DNA of 64,000 nt from Ignavibacteriota bacterium (GTDB taxonomy: Bacteria; Bacteroidota; Ignavibacteria; UBA10030), in NCBI GenBank assembly GCA_963701295.1, contig OY969585.1, positions 2,336,001 to 2,400,000 on the forward strand, read 5' to 3'. The notes below the pieces were generated by a model. It was not told the origin of the DNA. It did not search any database and saw only the letters and a list, made by a program, of their open reading frames with translations. Of the stretch, positions 1 to 11,703 are shown in pieces (position 1 is the stretch's first letter; each line of letters begins with the position of its first letter). The position numbers and the translations under genes are program-made.

Positions 1-1
1 G

Positions 2-1249
2 AATCTTGAAAAGACCGGCAAGTATGATGTAATTATGGTGGAGGTTGGCGGTACGGTAGGTGATATTGAAAGTTTGCCCTACCTCGAAGCAGTTCGTCAG
101 TTTACACTCGACGTCGGACATCGAAATGCATTGAATATTCACCTCACACTGGTTCCCTATATCAAATCTGCTGGCGAGATCAAGACCAAGCCTACACAGC
201 ATAGTGTCAAATCACTACTCGAAATTGGATTACAACCGGATGTGCTGATATGCCGAACAGAGAAACCGTTAACGAAGGAATTGCGTGAAAAGATTGCATT
301 GTTTTGCAATGTCGAAACTCGATCAGTTATCGAAGGAAGGGATGTTAAATCGATCTATGAAGTTCCGCAGTTATTTGAGAAGGAGGGACTGCCCAGCTTG
401 GTCATTGAAAAACTTAATCTCAAATGTTCAAAACCCGATCTGAAGCGATGGACACGATTTGTGAATAAACTGAAGAATCCAAAAGGCAAAGTCCGGATTG
501 CTGTGTGTGGAAAGTATATCGAACTGAAAGACGCCTATAAGAGCATTTCAGAAGCATTTGTTCATGCTGGTGCAGAAAATGATGTGGAGGTACAGCTCGA
601 TTGGATTCGCGCAGAGGATGTGGAAGGGCATGGTGCAGAAAAATATTTGTCTGATGCGACGGGATTGCTGGTGCCGTGGGGATTTGGAAATCGTGGAATC
701 GAAGGGAAGATAGATGCGATTCGATATGCGCGGGAGAACAAAATTCCGTTTTTTGGAATATGCCTTGGCTTGCAGTGCGCTGTTATTGAATTTGCACGGA
801 ATGTGTGTGGAATGAAGGATGCGAACAGTACGGAGTTCCGCAAGACAAAATACAATGTCATCGATATGATGCTTGAGCAGAAGTCGGTGCGTAATCTTGG
901 CGGAACAATGCGATTAGGTGCTTATCCGTGCACGATTCAAAAAGGAACGAAGGCATATGCGGCATATAGGAAAGAAGTAGTCACGGAACGACATCGACAT
1001 CGGTACGAAGTGAATAATAAATTCAGGAGGAAACTTGCGGATAATGGTCTTGTATTCAGCGGGATGTATATGAACAACGATTTGGTAGAGATTATCGAAT
1101 TGCCAAGCCATCCATGGTTCGTTGCGGTTCAATTCCATCCCGAGTTAAAGTCGCGGCCTATTGCGCCGCATCCGCTCTTTTCCAGTTTCGTGAAAGCAGT
1201 GAAGGAAAATACTAACATAGCAGAAATAAAAGCTGCGCTCCTGAAGTAA
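2..1249 (+). CDS. pyrG: CTP synthase (5' end outside window)
   Basis: Motifs EVGGTVGDIES, KTKPTQHSV, GICLG(L)Q, ERHRHRYE, QFHPE; frame open from window start. Confidence 0.97.
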   Translation, partial: NLEKTGKYDVIMVEVGGTVGDIESLPYLEAVRQFTLDVGHRNALNIHLTLVPYIKSAGEIKTKPTQHSVKSLLEIGLQPDVLICRTEKPLTKELREKIALFCNVETRSVIEGRDVKSIYEVPQLFEKEGLPSLVIEKLNLKCSKPDLKRWTRFVNKLKNPKGKVRIAVCGKYIELKDAYKSISEAFVHAGAENDVEVQLDWIRAEDVEGHGAEKYLSDATGLLVPWGFGNRGIEGKIDAIRYARENKIPFFGICLGLQCAVIEFARNVCGMKDANSTEFRKTKYNVIDMMLEQKSVRNLGGTMRLGAYPCTIQKGTKAYAAYRKEVVTERHRHRYEVNNKFRRKLADNGLVFSGMYMNNDLVEIIELPSHPWFVAVQFHPELKSRPIAPHPLFSSFVKAVKENTNIAEIKAALLK

Positions 1250-1309
1250 GGGGGGAAACCTCAGGAGCGCTTACACCCTCTCTAAAGTCACATATCCACC
1301 AGATGTGAC

Positions 1310-1569
1310 TCAAATGAGAGAAGGCGCAGAGTTTATTTTGTCATCACCAATTTTGCGTGATACACTTTCATCGTTGGCATTCAAACGGACGCAATATATT
1401 TCTGATGCCATCTTTTGACTCTTATCTTCGTTGCTATTCCAGTTAATATTATAGTCACCAACACTTTGATATCGATCAATGAATCGATTCACTTCGCACC
1501 CCGTGATATCAGAGTTGATGCGAGAAGGAGGATGAGAATTCCTGAGAAACTTATTAACATCTTCTTCAT
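1310..1569 (-). pseudogene. Collapsed secreted-protein gene: signal peptide followed by remnant of a T9SS/FlgD-like C-terminal domain
   Basis: MKKMLISFSGILILLLAST... then, in another frame, YQSVGDYNINWNSNEDKSQKMASEIYCVRL resembling the CTD tail (GxYxxxWxG...ASGIYxxRL). Confidence 0.45.
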
Positions 1570-2244
1570 TGGAGTCACCTTTCTTTCAATTGCTGTATTA
1601 AGAAGTTCACTCAACGTGCCACCGGAATGACGATTACCCTTTCTGAGCAAAAACTTAAGAAATGCCCGATAAATAAGGCGAAAATGTGACAGGAAAAAAT
1701 AATGAATTGACGGCTCGGTCAAAAAATTGTGTAAGTTCTACAAAGGATTGGTACTCCCGATATTCATGGAATGAGAAGTATTGATAAACTAACTATTTTC
1801 TGCGTACGCAAGCGCCATTCCATTTCCGAAAGTGGCAAACACACACCTTGCTATTCATTAAGAGGTTTGTTACTTTTCCCCCTATAGTGTTGTGACTCTG
1901 AATGCCAAGAAAGGGGATGGAAATAGGAGCATGGACACAAAAGTAAGTTTCATCGGACAGATGTCCGATTACAATTCGTGCCAATTTGATCAAAAGAATT
2001 TTCATGAACTTCGACTTGCGGTCTTGCAAACGGCTGTTGGCATAGAACCTCAGGAATTCTTCAAGATCAATCCCCCCCCCCCCCCAAAAAAAAACATCCT
2101 CAAAAATATTTTCTGATCATAATTTACAATTATTTAAGAAATATCTTGTCCAGTTTCGCTCATCATTTTCAATCGCAGGAGAGTGTTCGGTTTTCTCAAG
2201 CGTGTTTTTTTATTACATAAGCACACGTTGTTCATAAAGAGGGA

Positions 2245-2268
2245 GTGTCAGGAGAAAACTCCTGACAC
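2245..2268. repeat. REP-like palindrome, copy 1
   Basis: GTGTCAGGAG-AAAA-CTCCTGACAC, perfect 10-bp stem; relatives at 6843 and 14826. Confidence 0.7.
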
Positions 2269-2292
2269 CACAAATTAATTAGGACAACACCT

Positions 2293-5200
2293 ATGGATGT
2301 CAAAGACAAGACTATGAATAAACGGCAGTTTCTTCTACTCGCCGGCATATTAGCCGTTCTGATAGCTGCGGGCGGTTATCTCTACTATCGCCACCAAACA
2401 AATACCATCCGCGAGCAAAAACACGCCGAGCTTACGGCAATTGCCAAGCTGAAAATAAATCAACTTGTGCAATGGCGAAAAGAACGAATGGCAGATGCAC
2501 GAACCATTTCCTCCGAGACGTTTTTTATCCGTGAAGTAGACCAATGGCTCCACAATAAAATCAATCGCACACTGAAGGAAGATATAAAAAAGTTTCTCGT
2601 TGTTTTGCATAAAGAGTCCGATTATGAAAGTATATTTTTGGTATCCATAGGAAGCGAAATTCTTCTCTCTGAAGGGAGCACACTACACCGTTTTGATCTT
2701 GTGGCATCTGAAAAGGTCGTGAAGGCAGCGAAATTTGACAGTGTCACATTTTCGGATTTTTATTATTGCAAATTAGAAAATACTATTCACTTTGATATTA
2801 GTGTGCCGCTAAAAAATGAAAAGAATATCACGATTGCGGTACTGGTTCTTCGGATCAATCCGTATGACTACATCTATCCGTTCATTCAATCCTGGCCTAC
2901 ACCAAGTAAAACGTCGGAGACTGTAATTTTCCGCAAGGAAGGTGATAGTGTCTTGTTTCTGAGTGAATTGCGGTTTCGTGCCGGTGCTTCATTGTCTTAT
3001 CGGATTCCACTCACTCAAAAAGAAATACCTGCCGTCCAATCTGTGTTAGGTATAGAGGGCTTATATGAAGGAAAAGATTATCGCGGTGTGGAAGTGCTTG
3101 CCGATATTCACCCTGTGCCGGGCACTGCATGGTTTATGGAAGCTAAGGTTGACCGAGATGAGATGTATTCTGTCCTCTATGATCATGCCATAGTCGTTTT
3201 TGCGTTCACAGGTATCTTGATGCTGGTGTGCGGTATTGGCGTAATGTGGATCTATCATTACCGTCAACGAAATATCTATAGAACATTATGGCAGACTCAA
3301 GAAGAATATCGCACGACGCTCTACAGCATTGGTGATGCAGTTATCACAGCAGATAAACGAGGCAGGGTGCAGTATTTAAATGTTGTTGCTGAGCAATTAA
3401 CCGGTTGGAAAGAACGTGATGCAAAAAACAAACCGAATGAAGAAGTTTTCCATATTATCAATGAAAACACACGGGCTAGAATAGAAAACCCTGTTCAATT
3501 GGTTATAAAGGAAGGACATATTGTAGGGCTTGCTAACCACACATTGCTTATCTCAAAAGACGGAAGAGAAATTCCAATAGCCGACAGCGGTTCGTCGATA
3601 CGAGATGATAAGAATGAAATAATCGGTGTTGTGCTCGTGTTTAGGGATCAAACGGAAGAACGAGCAAGCCAGAAGTTGCTGCGGGATTCAGAGAATCGTT
3701 ATCGCCGGCTCTTTGAAGCGGCGAGAGACGGCATTCTCATCCTTGATGCTGACACAGGAGTGATTGTTGACGTGAATCTATTCTTGATCGAGATGTTGGG
3801 TTTCTCACATGAAGAGTTCTGTGGAAAGACGCTTTGGGAACTGGGATTTTTCAAGGATATCGTTTCGAACAAAGAGAATTTCTTGGAATTGCAGGAGAAA
3901 GGATACATTCGTTATGAAGACCTCCCGCTGGAAACTACCGATGGGCGAAAAATCGAAGTTGAGTTCGTCAGTCACGTTTATCTCGTAGACCATCACAAAG
4001 TCATCCAGTGCAATATTCGTGATATCACCGAGCGCAAACGGGCGGAGGCTGCGTTGGCAACGGTGCAGCGGCGTTACCGGGAGCTGTTCGACAATGTCGC
4101 CATTGGTCTTCTTCGCTCCACGCCAGGGCCGGAAGGGGCTTTCATCGATGTGAATCCGGCGATGGTAAAGATATTCGAAGCGGACAACCGCGAGCAATTA
4201 ATGACTCTTCAGCTGAGCGAGATTTACTGGGATTCGAGCCAGCGTCGCATCGTCAGCGATGTCCTGATGTCCAAAGGCTTCATCGAAGACGAGGAAATCA
4301 AGTTCAAGACCCTCAAGGGGAGGCCGATCTGGTGTTGCATAACAGGGATTAAGAAAACCGACACGAACGGCCAGGTCTATTTCGACAACACTATTGAGGA
4401 TATTACCAAGCGCAAACAGGCAGAGGAGGAACTGAAAAAGAGTGAAGAAAAGTATCGTTCTATTTTTGAAAATGTGCAGGATGTGTATTATGAAACTTTG
4501 TTTGACGGCACAGTACTCGAAGTCAGTCCTTCCATTAAGTTCATTTCAAAAGGACAATACAAACGAGCGGATTTGATAGGGAGATCGATGTACGAGTTCT
4601 ATGCTGATACCAAAAACCGCGATGCTATTATATCAGCGATACAGAAGACAAGTAGTGTGAGTGATTTCGAAGTCCAACTAAAGAACCGAGATGGTTCAAT
4701 TATTGTTTGTTCCATTTCTGCAAAGATTAATTTAGATGCTCAAGGGCGGCCTGAAAAAATCATAGGCAGCATGCATGACATCACCGAGCGCAAGAAGGCA
4801 GAGGAAGCATTACGGGAAACCACTGACTATCTTGAAAACCTGCTCAGTTTTGCGAATGCACCCATATTGGTTTGGGACAATAAATTAAGGATCACGAAGT
4901 TCAATCTGACATTCGAGCGAATGACGGGCTATACAATGCACGATGTCATGAGTAAGCATCCGGAAGTGTTGTTCCCTGCTGAATTGCGGTCAGATTTATC
5001 AACATATATTTCTCGCACATCAGAAGGAGAAAATCTGCTCTCTATCGAAATGCCAATTCTCTGTAAGGACGGGAGTATTCACTTTGTCATATGGAATACG
5101 GCAAATATTTATACTACAGATTCAAAATCAATAACTGCTACCATTGCTATAGGCCAGGATATCACCGAGCGCAGGTGGGCAGAGGAGGAGCTGAAAAAGT

Positions 5201-6705
5201 CAGAAGGTAAGTTCCGGGCTATTTTCGATAACGCTAGCGACGGGATGTTTCTTGTTGACCTGGAAGCTCGAAAGTTCTTCATGTGTAATGCTATGAGTGT
5301 GAATATGTTGGGCTATACTCAAGAAGAATTTTTGACTCTGGATATCGACGGTATACATCCCAGTGAGGATTTGCCTTTTATAAACGACCAGATTAGGAAG
5401 TTTAGCAAAGGAGAAGTGGGCATTCGTAGTGACATTAGATTCAAGCGAAAAGACGGAAGTATTTTTGTATCGGATCTTAGTCCTGCCCTTCTAACAATTG
5501 CTGAGAAGAAATATTTACTTATTATCTTTAAAGATATCACCAAACGCATGCAAATGGAAGAAGGACTGCGCCAAATGCAGAAGTTGGAAGGATTAGGAAC
5601 ACTTGCCGGAGGGATTGCTCATGATTTCAACAATATTCTAGGAATTATATTGGCATACATCACAAGCGCAACGCGGCTCAGAGATAATGCTAAGAAGTTA
5701 GATCTTGCTGTTAATACTATTGTGAAGGCTGTGGAACGCGGCAAAACACTTGTTCAGCAAATATTAACGTTTGCGAGAAAAACGGAAACTGCATTTGGAG
5801 TGGTGAACGTGAATGATGTTGTCATGGAAATTGTGAACATGATCTATGAAATGTTTCCTAAGACTGTGACCTGTTCGCAGAATTTCGATAAATCGATCCC
5901 TTACATCAGTGCCGATCGTTCACAGCTGCATCAAGTATTGATGAACCTTTGTGTCAATGCACGAGATGCAATGCCGAAGGGCGGTGTTCTTTCCATCAAC
6001 ACGCTCATGGTATCTGTTGCAAGTTTGCGTCATCAGCATCCAGATGCTGTCGGGAGCAGTTATATCTGTATCGAAGTGAGTGATACCGGTGAAGGGATGA
6101 CCGAAGAGATTCGAAAACATATCTTTGAGCCGTTTTTCACAACAAAGAAAATAGGAAAAGGAACCGGATTGGGATTAGCTGTGGTGTTTGGAGTTGTTCA
6201 GTCCCATAAAGGATTTATTGATGTGGAAAGTGAAATTGGCAATGGAACAACCTTCCGAATATACTTACCCATGTCAGAAGTAGCAAAGCCGATCATTGAA
6301 AAAGAAGAAAAAACGTTGGAAGAAATACAGGGTGGAACAGAGACGATATTGGTTGTAGAGGATGAAGAGATGCTTCTGATGTCTCTTCAGATGGTGCTTG
6401 TTGATAAGGGATACAAAGTCCTTTCTGCTCAAGATGGATTTAAGGCGCTGGTAATCTATCAAGAGAGAAAAAAGGATATCGCTCTTGTGCTGACCGATCT
6501 CGGATTGCCTAATATATCCGGATTGGAAGTGTGTCAACATATCAAAGCAATCAATCCGAATGAACGCATTATCTTAGCGACAGGGTTTCTAGATCCGGAT
6601 ATGAAATCAGAATTTTTGAAAGCAGGCATACAACATTTTCTGTATAAACCGTATGATCTCAAGGAAGTGTTGAAAGTGGTACGGGAAGTGTTGGATGAGA
6701 AGTGA
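2293..6705 (+). CDS. Multi-PAS hybrid sensor histidine kinase/response regulator
   Basis: Two TM segments, repeated PAS/PAC ending DITERK, H-box [29 protein letters not shown]-terminal receiver (LVVEDE...LTDLGLP...KP). Confidence 0.93.
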   Translation: MDVKDKTMNKRQFLLLAGILAVLIAAGGYLYYRHQTNTIREQKHAELTAIAKLKINQLVQWRKERMADARTISSETFFIREVDQWLHNKINRTLKEDIKKFLVVLHKESDYESIFLVSIGSEILLSEGSTLHRFDLVASEKVVKAAKFDSVTFSDFYYCKLENTIHFDISVPLKNEKNITIAVLVLRINPYDYIYPFIQSWPTPSKTSETVIFRKEGDSVLFLSELRFRAGASLSYRIPLTQKEIPAVQSVLGIEGLYEGKDYRGVEVLADIHPVPGTAWFMEAKVDRDEMYSVLYDHAIVVFAFTGILMLVCGIGVMWIYHYRQRNIYRTLWQTQEEYRTTLYSIGDAVITADKRGRVQYLNVVAEQLTGWKERDAKNKPNEEVFHIINENTRARIENPVQLVIKEGHIVGLANHTLLISKDGREIPIADSGSSIRDDKNEIIGVVLVFRDQTEERASQKLLRDSENRYRRLFEAARDGILILDADTGVIVDVNLFLIEMLGFSHEEFCGKTLWELGFFKDIVSNKENFLELQEKGYIRYEDLPLETTDGRKIEVEFVSHVYLVDHHKVIQCNIRDITERKRAEAALATVQRRYRELFDNVAIGLLRSTPGPEGAFIDVNPAMVKIFEADNREQLMTLQLSEIYWDSSQRRIVSDVLMSKGFIEDEEIKFKTLKGRPIWCCITGIKKTDTNGQVYFDNTIEDITKRKQAEEELKKSEEKYRSIFENVQDVYYETLFDGTVLEVSPSIKFISKGQYKRADLIGRSMYEFYADTKNRDAIISAIQKTSSVSDFEVQLKNRDGSIIVCSISAKINLDAQGRPEKIIGSMHDITERKKAEEALRETTDYLENLLSFANAPILVWDNKLRITKFNLTFERMTGYTMHDVMSKHPEVLFPAELRSDLSTYISRTSEGENLLSIEMPILCKDGSIHFVIWNTANIYTTDSKSITATIAIGQDITERRWAEEELKKSEGKFRAIFDNASDGMFLVDLEARKFFMCNAMSVNMLGYTQEEFLTLDIDGIHPSEDLPFINDQIRKFSKGEVGIRSDIRFKRKDGSIFVSDLSPALLTIAEKKYLLIIFKDITKRMQMEEGLRQMQKLEGLGTLAGGIAHDFNNILGIILAYITSATRLRDNAKKLDLAVNTIVKAVERGKTLVQQILTFARKTETAFGVVNVNDVVMEIVNMIYEMFPKTVTCSQNFDKSIPYISADRSQLHQVLMNLCVNARDAMPKGGVLSINTLMVSVASLRHQHPDAVGSSYICIEVSDTGEGMTEEIRKHIFEPFFTTKKIGKGTGLGLAVVFGVVQSHKGFIDVESEIGNGTTFRIYLPMSEVAKPIIEKEEKTLEEIQGGTETILVVEDEEMLLMSLQMVLVDKGYKVLSAQDGFKALVIYQERKKDIALVLTDLGLPNISGLEVCQHIKAINPNERIILATGFLDPDMKSEFLKAGIQHFLYKPYDLKEVLKVVREVLDEK

Positions 6706-6713
6706 ATCGTGTA

Positions 6714-6759
6714 ACCTTCGGAAGATTACAGAGTATGAGCCGAGAAACCTTCCGAAGGT
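6714..6759. repeat. REP-like inverted repeat
   Basis: ACCTTCGGAAG (6714-6724) and its exact reverse complement CTTCCGAAGGT (6749-6759). Confidence 0.55.
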
Positions 6760-6842
6760 AGCGGCGAGAAGGTCTCTGTGAAAAAATGATACTAACGTCG
6801 GCTACAAAAATTAAGGCAGATGAAGCGAACTTGCGAAAAGAA

Positions 6843-6866
6843 GTGTCAGGAAGGAATTCCTGACAC
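6843..6866. repeat. REP-like palindrome, copy 2
   Basis: GTGTCAGGAA-GGAA-TTCCTGACAC, perfect 10-bp stem. Confidence 0.7.
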
Positions 6867-6991
6867 CATAGAATATATGTACAATATGCAATCCACCCTG
6901 CAATATGTTTGAATTTCAACAGCTCTTTGGCTATCTTCCTTCAGCATTTTTATTAACGCGATCTATACTACTTACAAAACGATAAAATATT

Positions 6992-9172
6992 GTGAATTCA
7001 AGTTCTCAACCACCTCTCCAATATATTAAAGGTGTAGGACCGAAGCGGGCTGAGGCATTGGCAAACCTCGGTATACAAAGCATAAGAGATCTTTTTTATT
7101 ATTTTCCGCACGGGTATCTCGACCGCAGCCAAATTGTTCATATTGCCGACCTTCGTATGCATGTAGAACAAGGCAAACCCGTCACCATCTTCGCCGAAGT
7201 ATTTCGTCAGGAAGCACGGCGTACACGGCGCGGCAACAAACTTATTTTTCTTCTTACTGTTAAAGATGAGAGCAGCTTCTTAACTTGTATTTGGTTTGAG
7301 GGATTTCAGTGGCTGAAGAATGCATTTGAAATTGGAGAGTTCCTTGCGATGTCAGCCATCCCTACGCTGGATAAACTGAACCGTCCGCAATTTGTCCATC
7401 CACAGTATGATCGATTAAAAAGCGCTGAGGAGGATGAACCGGATTGGGGAAAACTTTTCAATACCGGCAGTATTATCCCTAAGTATCGTTCCAGTACCGA
7501 GCTTGAAAAAGTCGGACTTGACAGCCGCGGATTTCGGCGCATTATCCGTAACTCAGTCGATCATTATCTTTCTGTTGTTGATGAAACGCTCTCCGTAGAA
7601 ATAATGCAGCGGCACGATCTCTGCGATGAAAAATCAGCAATACGATCCATCCATTTCCCTGGAAAATTTCAGGAATTAGAAGCAGCGCGCCGACGGCTCA
7701 AGTTCGAAGAGTTGTTTTTCCTCCAATTAATGCTGGCATTGCGAAAACGAAACGCACAGCAGCAGCTGCGCGGATTGACCTATAATGTGGAAAGCAAACT
7801 CACTCGCCAACTCATTGATTCTCTTCATTTTGAATTGACCAAAGCACAAAAGAAAGTATTGCGGGAAATTGTCGATGACTTAAAATCACCGTATCCGATG
7901 AACCGGCTTCTTCAAGGCGATGTCGGAAGCGGAAAGACGATTGTAGCATTATGTGCTGCTCTTCTTGCAGTCGATAACGGCCTGCAGGTGGCATTTATGG
8001 CACCAACGGAAATTCTTGCCGAGCAGCACTACCAGACACTTAGAGAGTTCCTCAGAGGGCTTCCTGTGAATGTGAGATTGCTCGTCGGAGGCCAACGGAA
8101 GAAATTGCGTGAGGATGTTTTAGAAGACATCCGGCAGGGGAGTGCACAAATCGTAGTGGGCACGCATGCGTTGGTAGAAGAGAAAGTCGAATTTATGAAC
8201 TTGGGTCTTATTATCGTCGATGAACAACACCGGTTTGGCGTTATGCAGCGTGCTACATTGCGTTTAAAAGGGATAAATCCCGATGTGCTTATTATGACAG
8301 CGACACCTATTCCACGCACATTAGCTATGACATTGTACGGGGACCTTGAGGTGTCTATGATCGATGAGATGCCTGCAAATCGCAAGCCCATACGCACGGC
8401 TCTTCGGACAGAAAAGCAAAAAGTGCGCATCTATCAATTTGTGAAAGAAGAAATTCAACGCGGTCGACAGGCATATATTGTCTTTCCGCTTATCGAAGAA
8501 TCTGAAAAAGTCGATCTCAAAGCTGCTACCAAAGAATTCAAATATCTTCAACAGAACATTTTCCCGGAATATCAGCTCGGTCTTTTGCATGGCAGAATGA
8601 AATCAGATGCGAAGGAAGAAGTGATGCAGAAATTCAAGAAGGGAGAAATTCACATTCTTGTTTCGACAACGGTAATCGAGGTCGGTATCGACATTCCCAA
8701 TGCAAGCGTCATGCTTATTGAAAATGCAGAACGTTTCGGGCTTGCGCAGCTGCATCAACTGCGCGGTCGTGTTGGCAGGAGCGCAGATCAATCTTATTGC
8801 GTCCTCATCGCGGATTATAGCTGGTTCGATGCGCATGCAAAGAGAACAGACATGTCGGAAATTTGTGACGAAAAGGAATCTGCGCGTACACGCTTGGAAA
8901 CAATGGTGCAGACTGCTGATGGATTTAAAATTGCGGAGGTAGATTTGAAACTGCGAGGTCCGGGAGAATTCTTCGGAACTCAACAGAGCGGAATGCCTGG
9001 ATTGCAAATCGCCAGTCTTATCGATGATTCAGAACTTGTCACACAGGCACACAAAGAAGCATTCGATCTCATCAAGAATGATCCACATCTCCGTCAGGAG
9101 GAGAACGCGTGTATCAGAAAACATTTTGAAAAAAAATTCAAAGATATTCTTGAATTGGGAAAGATTGGTTGA
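6992..9172 (+). CDS. recG: ATP-dependent DNA helicase RecG
   Basis: KGVGPKRA, RLLQGDVGSGKT, DEQHRFG, MTATPIPRTL, QLHQLRGRVGR, DLKLRGPGE. Confidence 0.97.
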   Translation: MNSSSQPPLQYIKGVGPKRAEALANLGIQSIRDLFYYFPHGYLDRSQIVHIADLRMHVEQGKPVTIFAEVFRQEARRTRRGNKLIFLLTVKDESSFLTCIWFEGFQWLKNAFEIGEFLAMSAIPTLDKLNRPQFVHPQYDRLKSAEEDEPDWGKLFNTGSIIPKYRSSTELEKVGLDSRGFRRIIRNSVDHYLSVVDETLSVEIMQRHDLCDEKSAIRSIHFPGKFQELEAARRRLKFEELFFLQLMLALRKRNAQQQLRGLTYNVESKLTRQLIDSLHFELTKAQKKVLREIVDDLKSPYPMNRLLQGDVGSGKTIVALCAALLAVDNGLQVAFMAPTEILAEQHYQTLREFLRGLPVNVRLLVGGQRKKLREDVLEDIRQGSAQIVVGTHALVEEKVEFMNLGLIIVDEQHRFGVMQRATLRLKGINPDVLIMTATPIPRTLAMTLYGDLEVSMIDEMPANRKPIRTALRTEKQKVRIYQFVKEEIQRGRQAYIVFPLIEESEKVDLKAATKEFKYLQQNIFPEYQLGLLHGRMKSDAKEEVMQKFKKGEIHILVSTTVIEVGIDIPNASVMLIENAERFGLAQLHQLRGRVGRSADQSYCVLIADYSWFDAHAKRTDMSEICDEKESARTRLETMVQTADGFKIAEVDLKLRGPGEFFGTQQSGMPGLQIASLIDDSELVTQAHKEAFDLIKNDPHLRQEENACIRKHFEKKFKDILELGKIG

Positions 9173-9386
9173 GATGAAAATAGAAAACGAAAACGGAAAG
9201 TACAATATGAAAATATGGAATCGGAATATTGTGTTCATGCAATCTGTACTCTGCAATTATCATTCTGTAAACTACACCCTTCAATCACAAATCATCTCTC
9301 GCATTTTTATCGTCTCATCTCTCATCGTTGCTTGCTGTTGACGATCACCCCTCTCGAAAAAAAATTCGTTTAACAAGTGAAAAAAC

Positions 9387-9414
9387 TTGACAACAAGTTA
9401 TAAAGGATTATATT
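9387..9414 (+). promoter_or_regulatory. Putative sigma70 promoter of the ATP-grasp/KamA operon
   Basis: TTGACA-N16-TATATT about 70 nt upstream of the first ORF. Confidence 0.5.
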
Positions 9415-9486
9415 AGTATCAACATTTGTTGTTCATTGAAACAGCAAAGTAGATCAGTCCCACATTTGAAAGGTTGATCGTACCGT

Positions 9487-10602
9487 TTGCTAAAGCGACT
9501 GAACGTAGCTCTCGTCTACAATATCAAGAAGGAAAGTAGAGAAGAAGCTTCGAGTAGTGAAAGAGATCCGGATCAGTTTCAAAGAAAAAATAAATCCGGC
9601 GAAAAAGAATCGAACCTTCAACAGACGAAAGCTGACACATATGCAGAATGGGACACAGAAGAAACCATTCTCGCCGTGAAGACGGCGCTTGAATTGAATC
9701 ACGAAGTTACTCTCATTGAAGCCAACGAGGAAGCCTATCTCAAACTCCTCAGTGCACGTCCAGATATTGTCTTCAACATCGCTGAAGGATTTCGAGGACC
9801 ATCGCGTGAAGCGCAAATTCCAGCGATACTTGAGATGCTGGGAATTCCATACACCGGTTCAGATCCAATTACACTCGGAATTTGTCTTGATAAATCTCGT
9901 ACAAAGGAAATTCTCGCACACTATAGAATTCCGACCCCGACGTTTGCTGTTATCGATTCTGTCGATCAATTATCCAACTTCGATGATTTCCTTCCTTGTA
10001 TTGTCAAACCATTACATGAAGGGTCAAGCAAAGGAATTTTCAACTCATCCGTAGTACATACCAATGAGCAGCTTCGCAGACAAGCGGGAAGAGTGTTCTT
10101 CGAGTATGAAGAACCTGCAATCATCGAAAAATTCTTGAATGGAAGAGAGTTTACTATCGGTATTCTCGGAAATGGTCTGGATATTCAAGTATTGCCAATT
10201 GTAGAAATTCGATTTGATTCACTTCCGGATGGCGTCAATCCTATCTATTCGTATGAAGCAAAGTGGATTTGGGATTCATTAGATAATCCTCTCGATGTTC
10301 ACGAATGTCCAGCAAAGATACCGGCGAAATTACAAAGAGAAATTGAAACGATTTGCCGCGATACATACCGGGTTTTGCGTTGTCGGGACTGGTGCCGAAT
10401 TGACATACGATTAGATGAAGATGGTCGGCCCTATGTGTTAGAAGTGAACCCTTTACCTGGAATTCTCCCCAATCCTAATGAACATTCCTGCTTTCCTCAG
10501 GCCGCCAGAGCGGCAGGATTGGATTATAGTGCAATGGTAAATACCGTTTTAGAGGCTGGAATTAAACGATACGGCTTACAAACAAACGATTTAAAAAATT
10601 GA
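9487..10602 (+). CDS. D-Ala-D-Ala ligase-like ATP-grasp enzyme 1
   Basis: VFNIAEG, IPYTGS, CLDK, VKPLHEGSSKGI, IEKFLNGREF, RIDIR, LEVNPLPG; no canonical Ddl N-terminal GGxSxE. Confidence 0.88.
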   Translation: MLKRLNVALVYNIKKESREEASSSERDPDQFQRKNKSGEKESNLQQTKADTYAEWDTEETILAVKTALELNHEVTLIEANEEAYLKLLSARPDIVFNIAEGFRGPSREAQIPAILEMLGIPYTGSDPITLGICLDKSRTKEILAHYRIPTPTFAVIDSVDQLSNFDDFLPCIVKPLHEGSSKGIFNSSVVHTNEQLRRQAGRVFFEYEEPAIIEKFLNGREFTIGILGNGLDIQVLPIVEIRFDSLPDGVNPIYSYEAKWIWDSLDNPLDVHECPAKIPAKLQREIETICRDTYRVLRCRDWCRIDIRLDEDGRPYVLEVNPLPGILPNPNEHSCFPQAARAAGLDYSAMVNTVLEAGIKRYGLQTNDLKN

Positions 10603-11699
10603 TGCCAGAAATGGCACATATTGCAATAGTTTTCAACGAATTGACCGTCGAGCCCGATGTTGCGAGAAAGTTCGCTATTGAGGCTGGACAAGTAATGGCC
10701 TTAGCCTCTTCCTCAGCGAGTATCACCAGCGTTGTTGGCAACCTGATAGACCTATCGGAAATAGGTGTTATTGAAGAACGTGAAAGGATGCAAGAAGCCC
10801 TGCAACAAAAAGGATATCGCACATCGCTCTTTAATATCAATGGCGACATCAAGCGGCTTATCAAATTTCTTGAGGAAACGAAGATCGATCTTGTATTCAA
10901 CCTTTGTGAATCGCTTAGGGGGCAGGCGATAAACGAGATGCATGTTGCAGGCATTTATGAGCTGATGAATGTTCCCTATACCGGTGCCGCAACACTTGCG
11001 CTTGGCACGTGTTTGAATAAAGTCAGAACAAAAGTGATCTTGGATGCCCATGGCATATCGACTGCACGTCATGCTCTCTATAAAAGACCCGAAGAAATTA
11101 ATCTCGATGATCTGCGTTTGAATTTTCCTATGATTGTGAAGCCATCGCGGGAGGATGCAAGTATAGGAATTGAAAATTCATCTGTTGTGCGTGACATCGA
11201 ATCACTTCGTCAACGAGTTGTATTTGTTGTGAAGACCTATAATCAACCTGCTTTGGTGGAAGAATATATTGAAGGAAGAGAATTAAATGTCTCGATCATC
11301 GGGAATGAACGGCCGACAATTCTTCCGATTTCCGAAATTGATTTTTCAAAATTACCGCCGAACTATCCAAAAATTGTAACATATAACGCAAAATGGGTAG
11401 AAGGAACACCAGAATATATTGGCACGGTGGGGACCTGTCCCGCAAAGCTTACCACTGAAGTGGAGCAACGGATTCGTGATATCGCACGGCAAGCGTATAA
11501 ATTGATGGAGATCCGCGATTATGCGCGTGTGGACATCCGGCTTGATGCATCGAACATTCCTTACGTACTGGAAGTGAATCCGAATCCCGATATTTCGCGG
11601 GATACAGGATTTGCACGTTCTGCTCGCGCGGCTGGCATGACCTTTGAAGATATGCTCGCAAAAATTATTGAGACTGCACTTGAACGAATACGTCAGTGA
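10599..11699 (+). CDS. D-Ala-D-Ala ligase-like ATP-grasp enzyme 2
   Basis: VFNLCES, VPYTGA, VKPSREDASIGI, EEYIEGRE, RVDIR, LEVNPNP; overlaps the upstream stop. Confidence 0.88.
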   Translation: MMPEMAHIAIVFNELTVEPDVARKFAIEAGQVMALASSSASITSVVGNLIDLSEIGVIEERERMQEALQQKGYRTSLFNINGDIKRLIKFLEETKIDLVFNLCESLRGQAINEMHVAGIYELMNVPYTGAATLALGTCLNKVRTKVILDAHGISTARHALYKRPEEINLDDLRLNFPMIVKPSREDASIGIENSSVVRDIESLRQRVVFVVKTYNQPALVEEYIEGRELNVSIIGNERPTILPISEIDFSKLPPNYPKIVTYNAKWVEGTPEYIGTVGTCPAKLTTEVEQRIRDIARQAYKLMEIRDYARVDIRLDASNIPYVLEVNPNPDISRDTGFARSARAAGMTFEDMLAKIIETALERIRQ

Positions 11700-11703
11700 G
11701 AAT

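Noticed and set aside
1793-2116. Short ORFs or a riboswitch upstream of the hybrid kinase
   Set aside because: No recognisable protein motif or convincing riboswitch consensus
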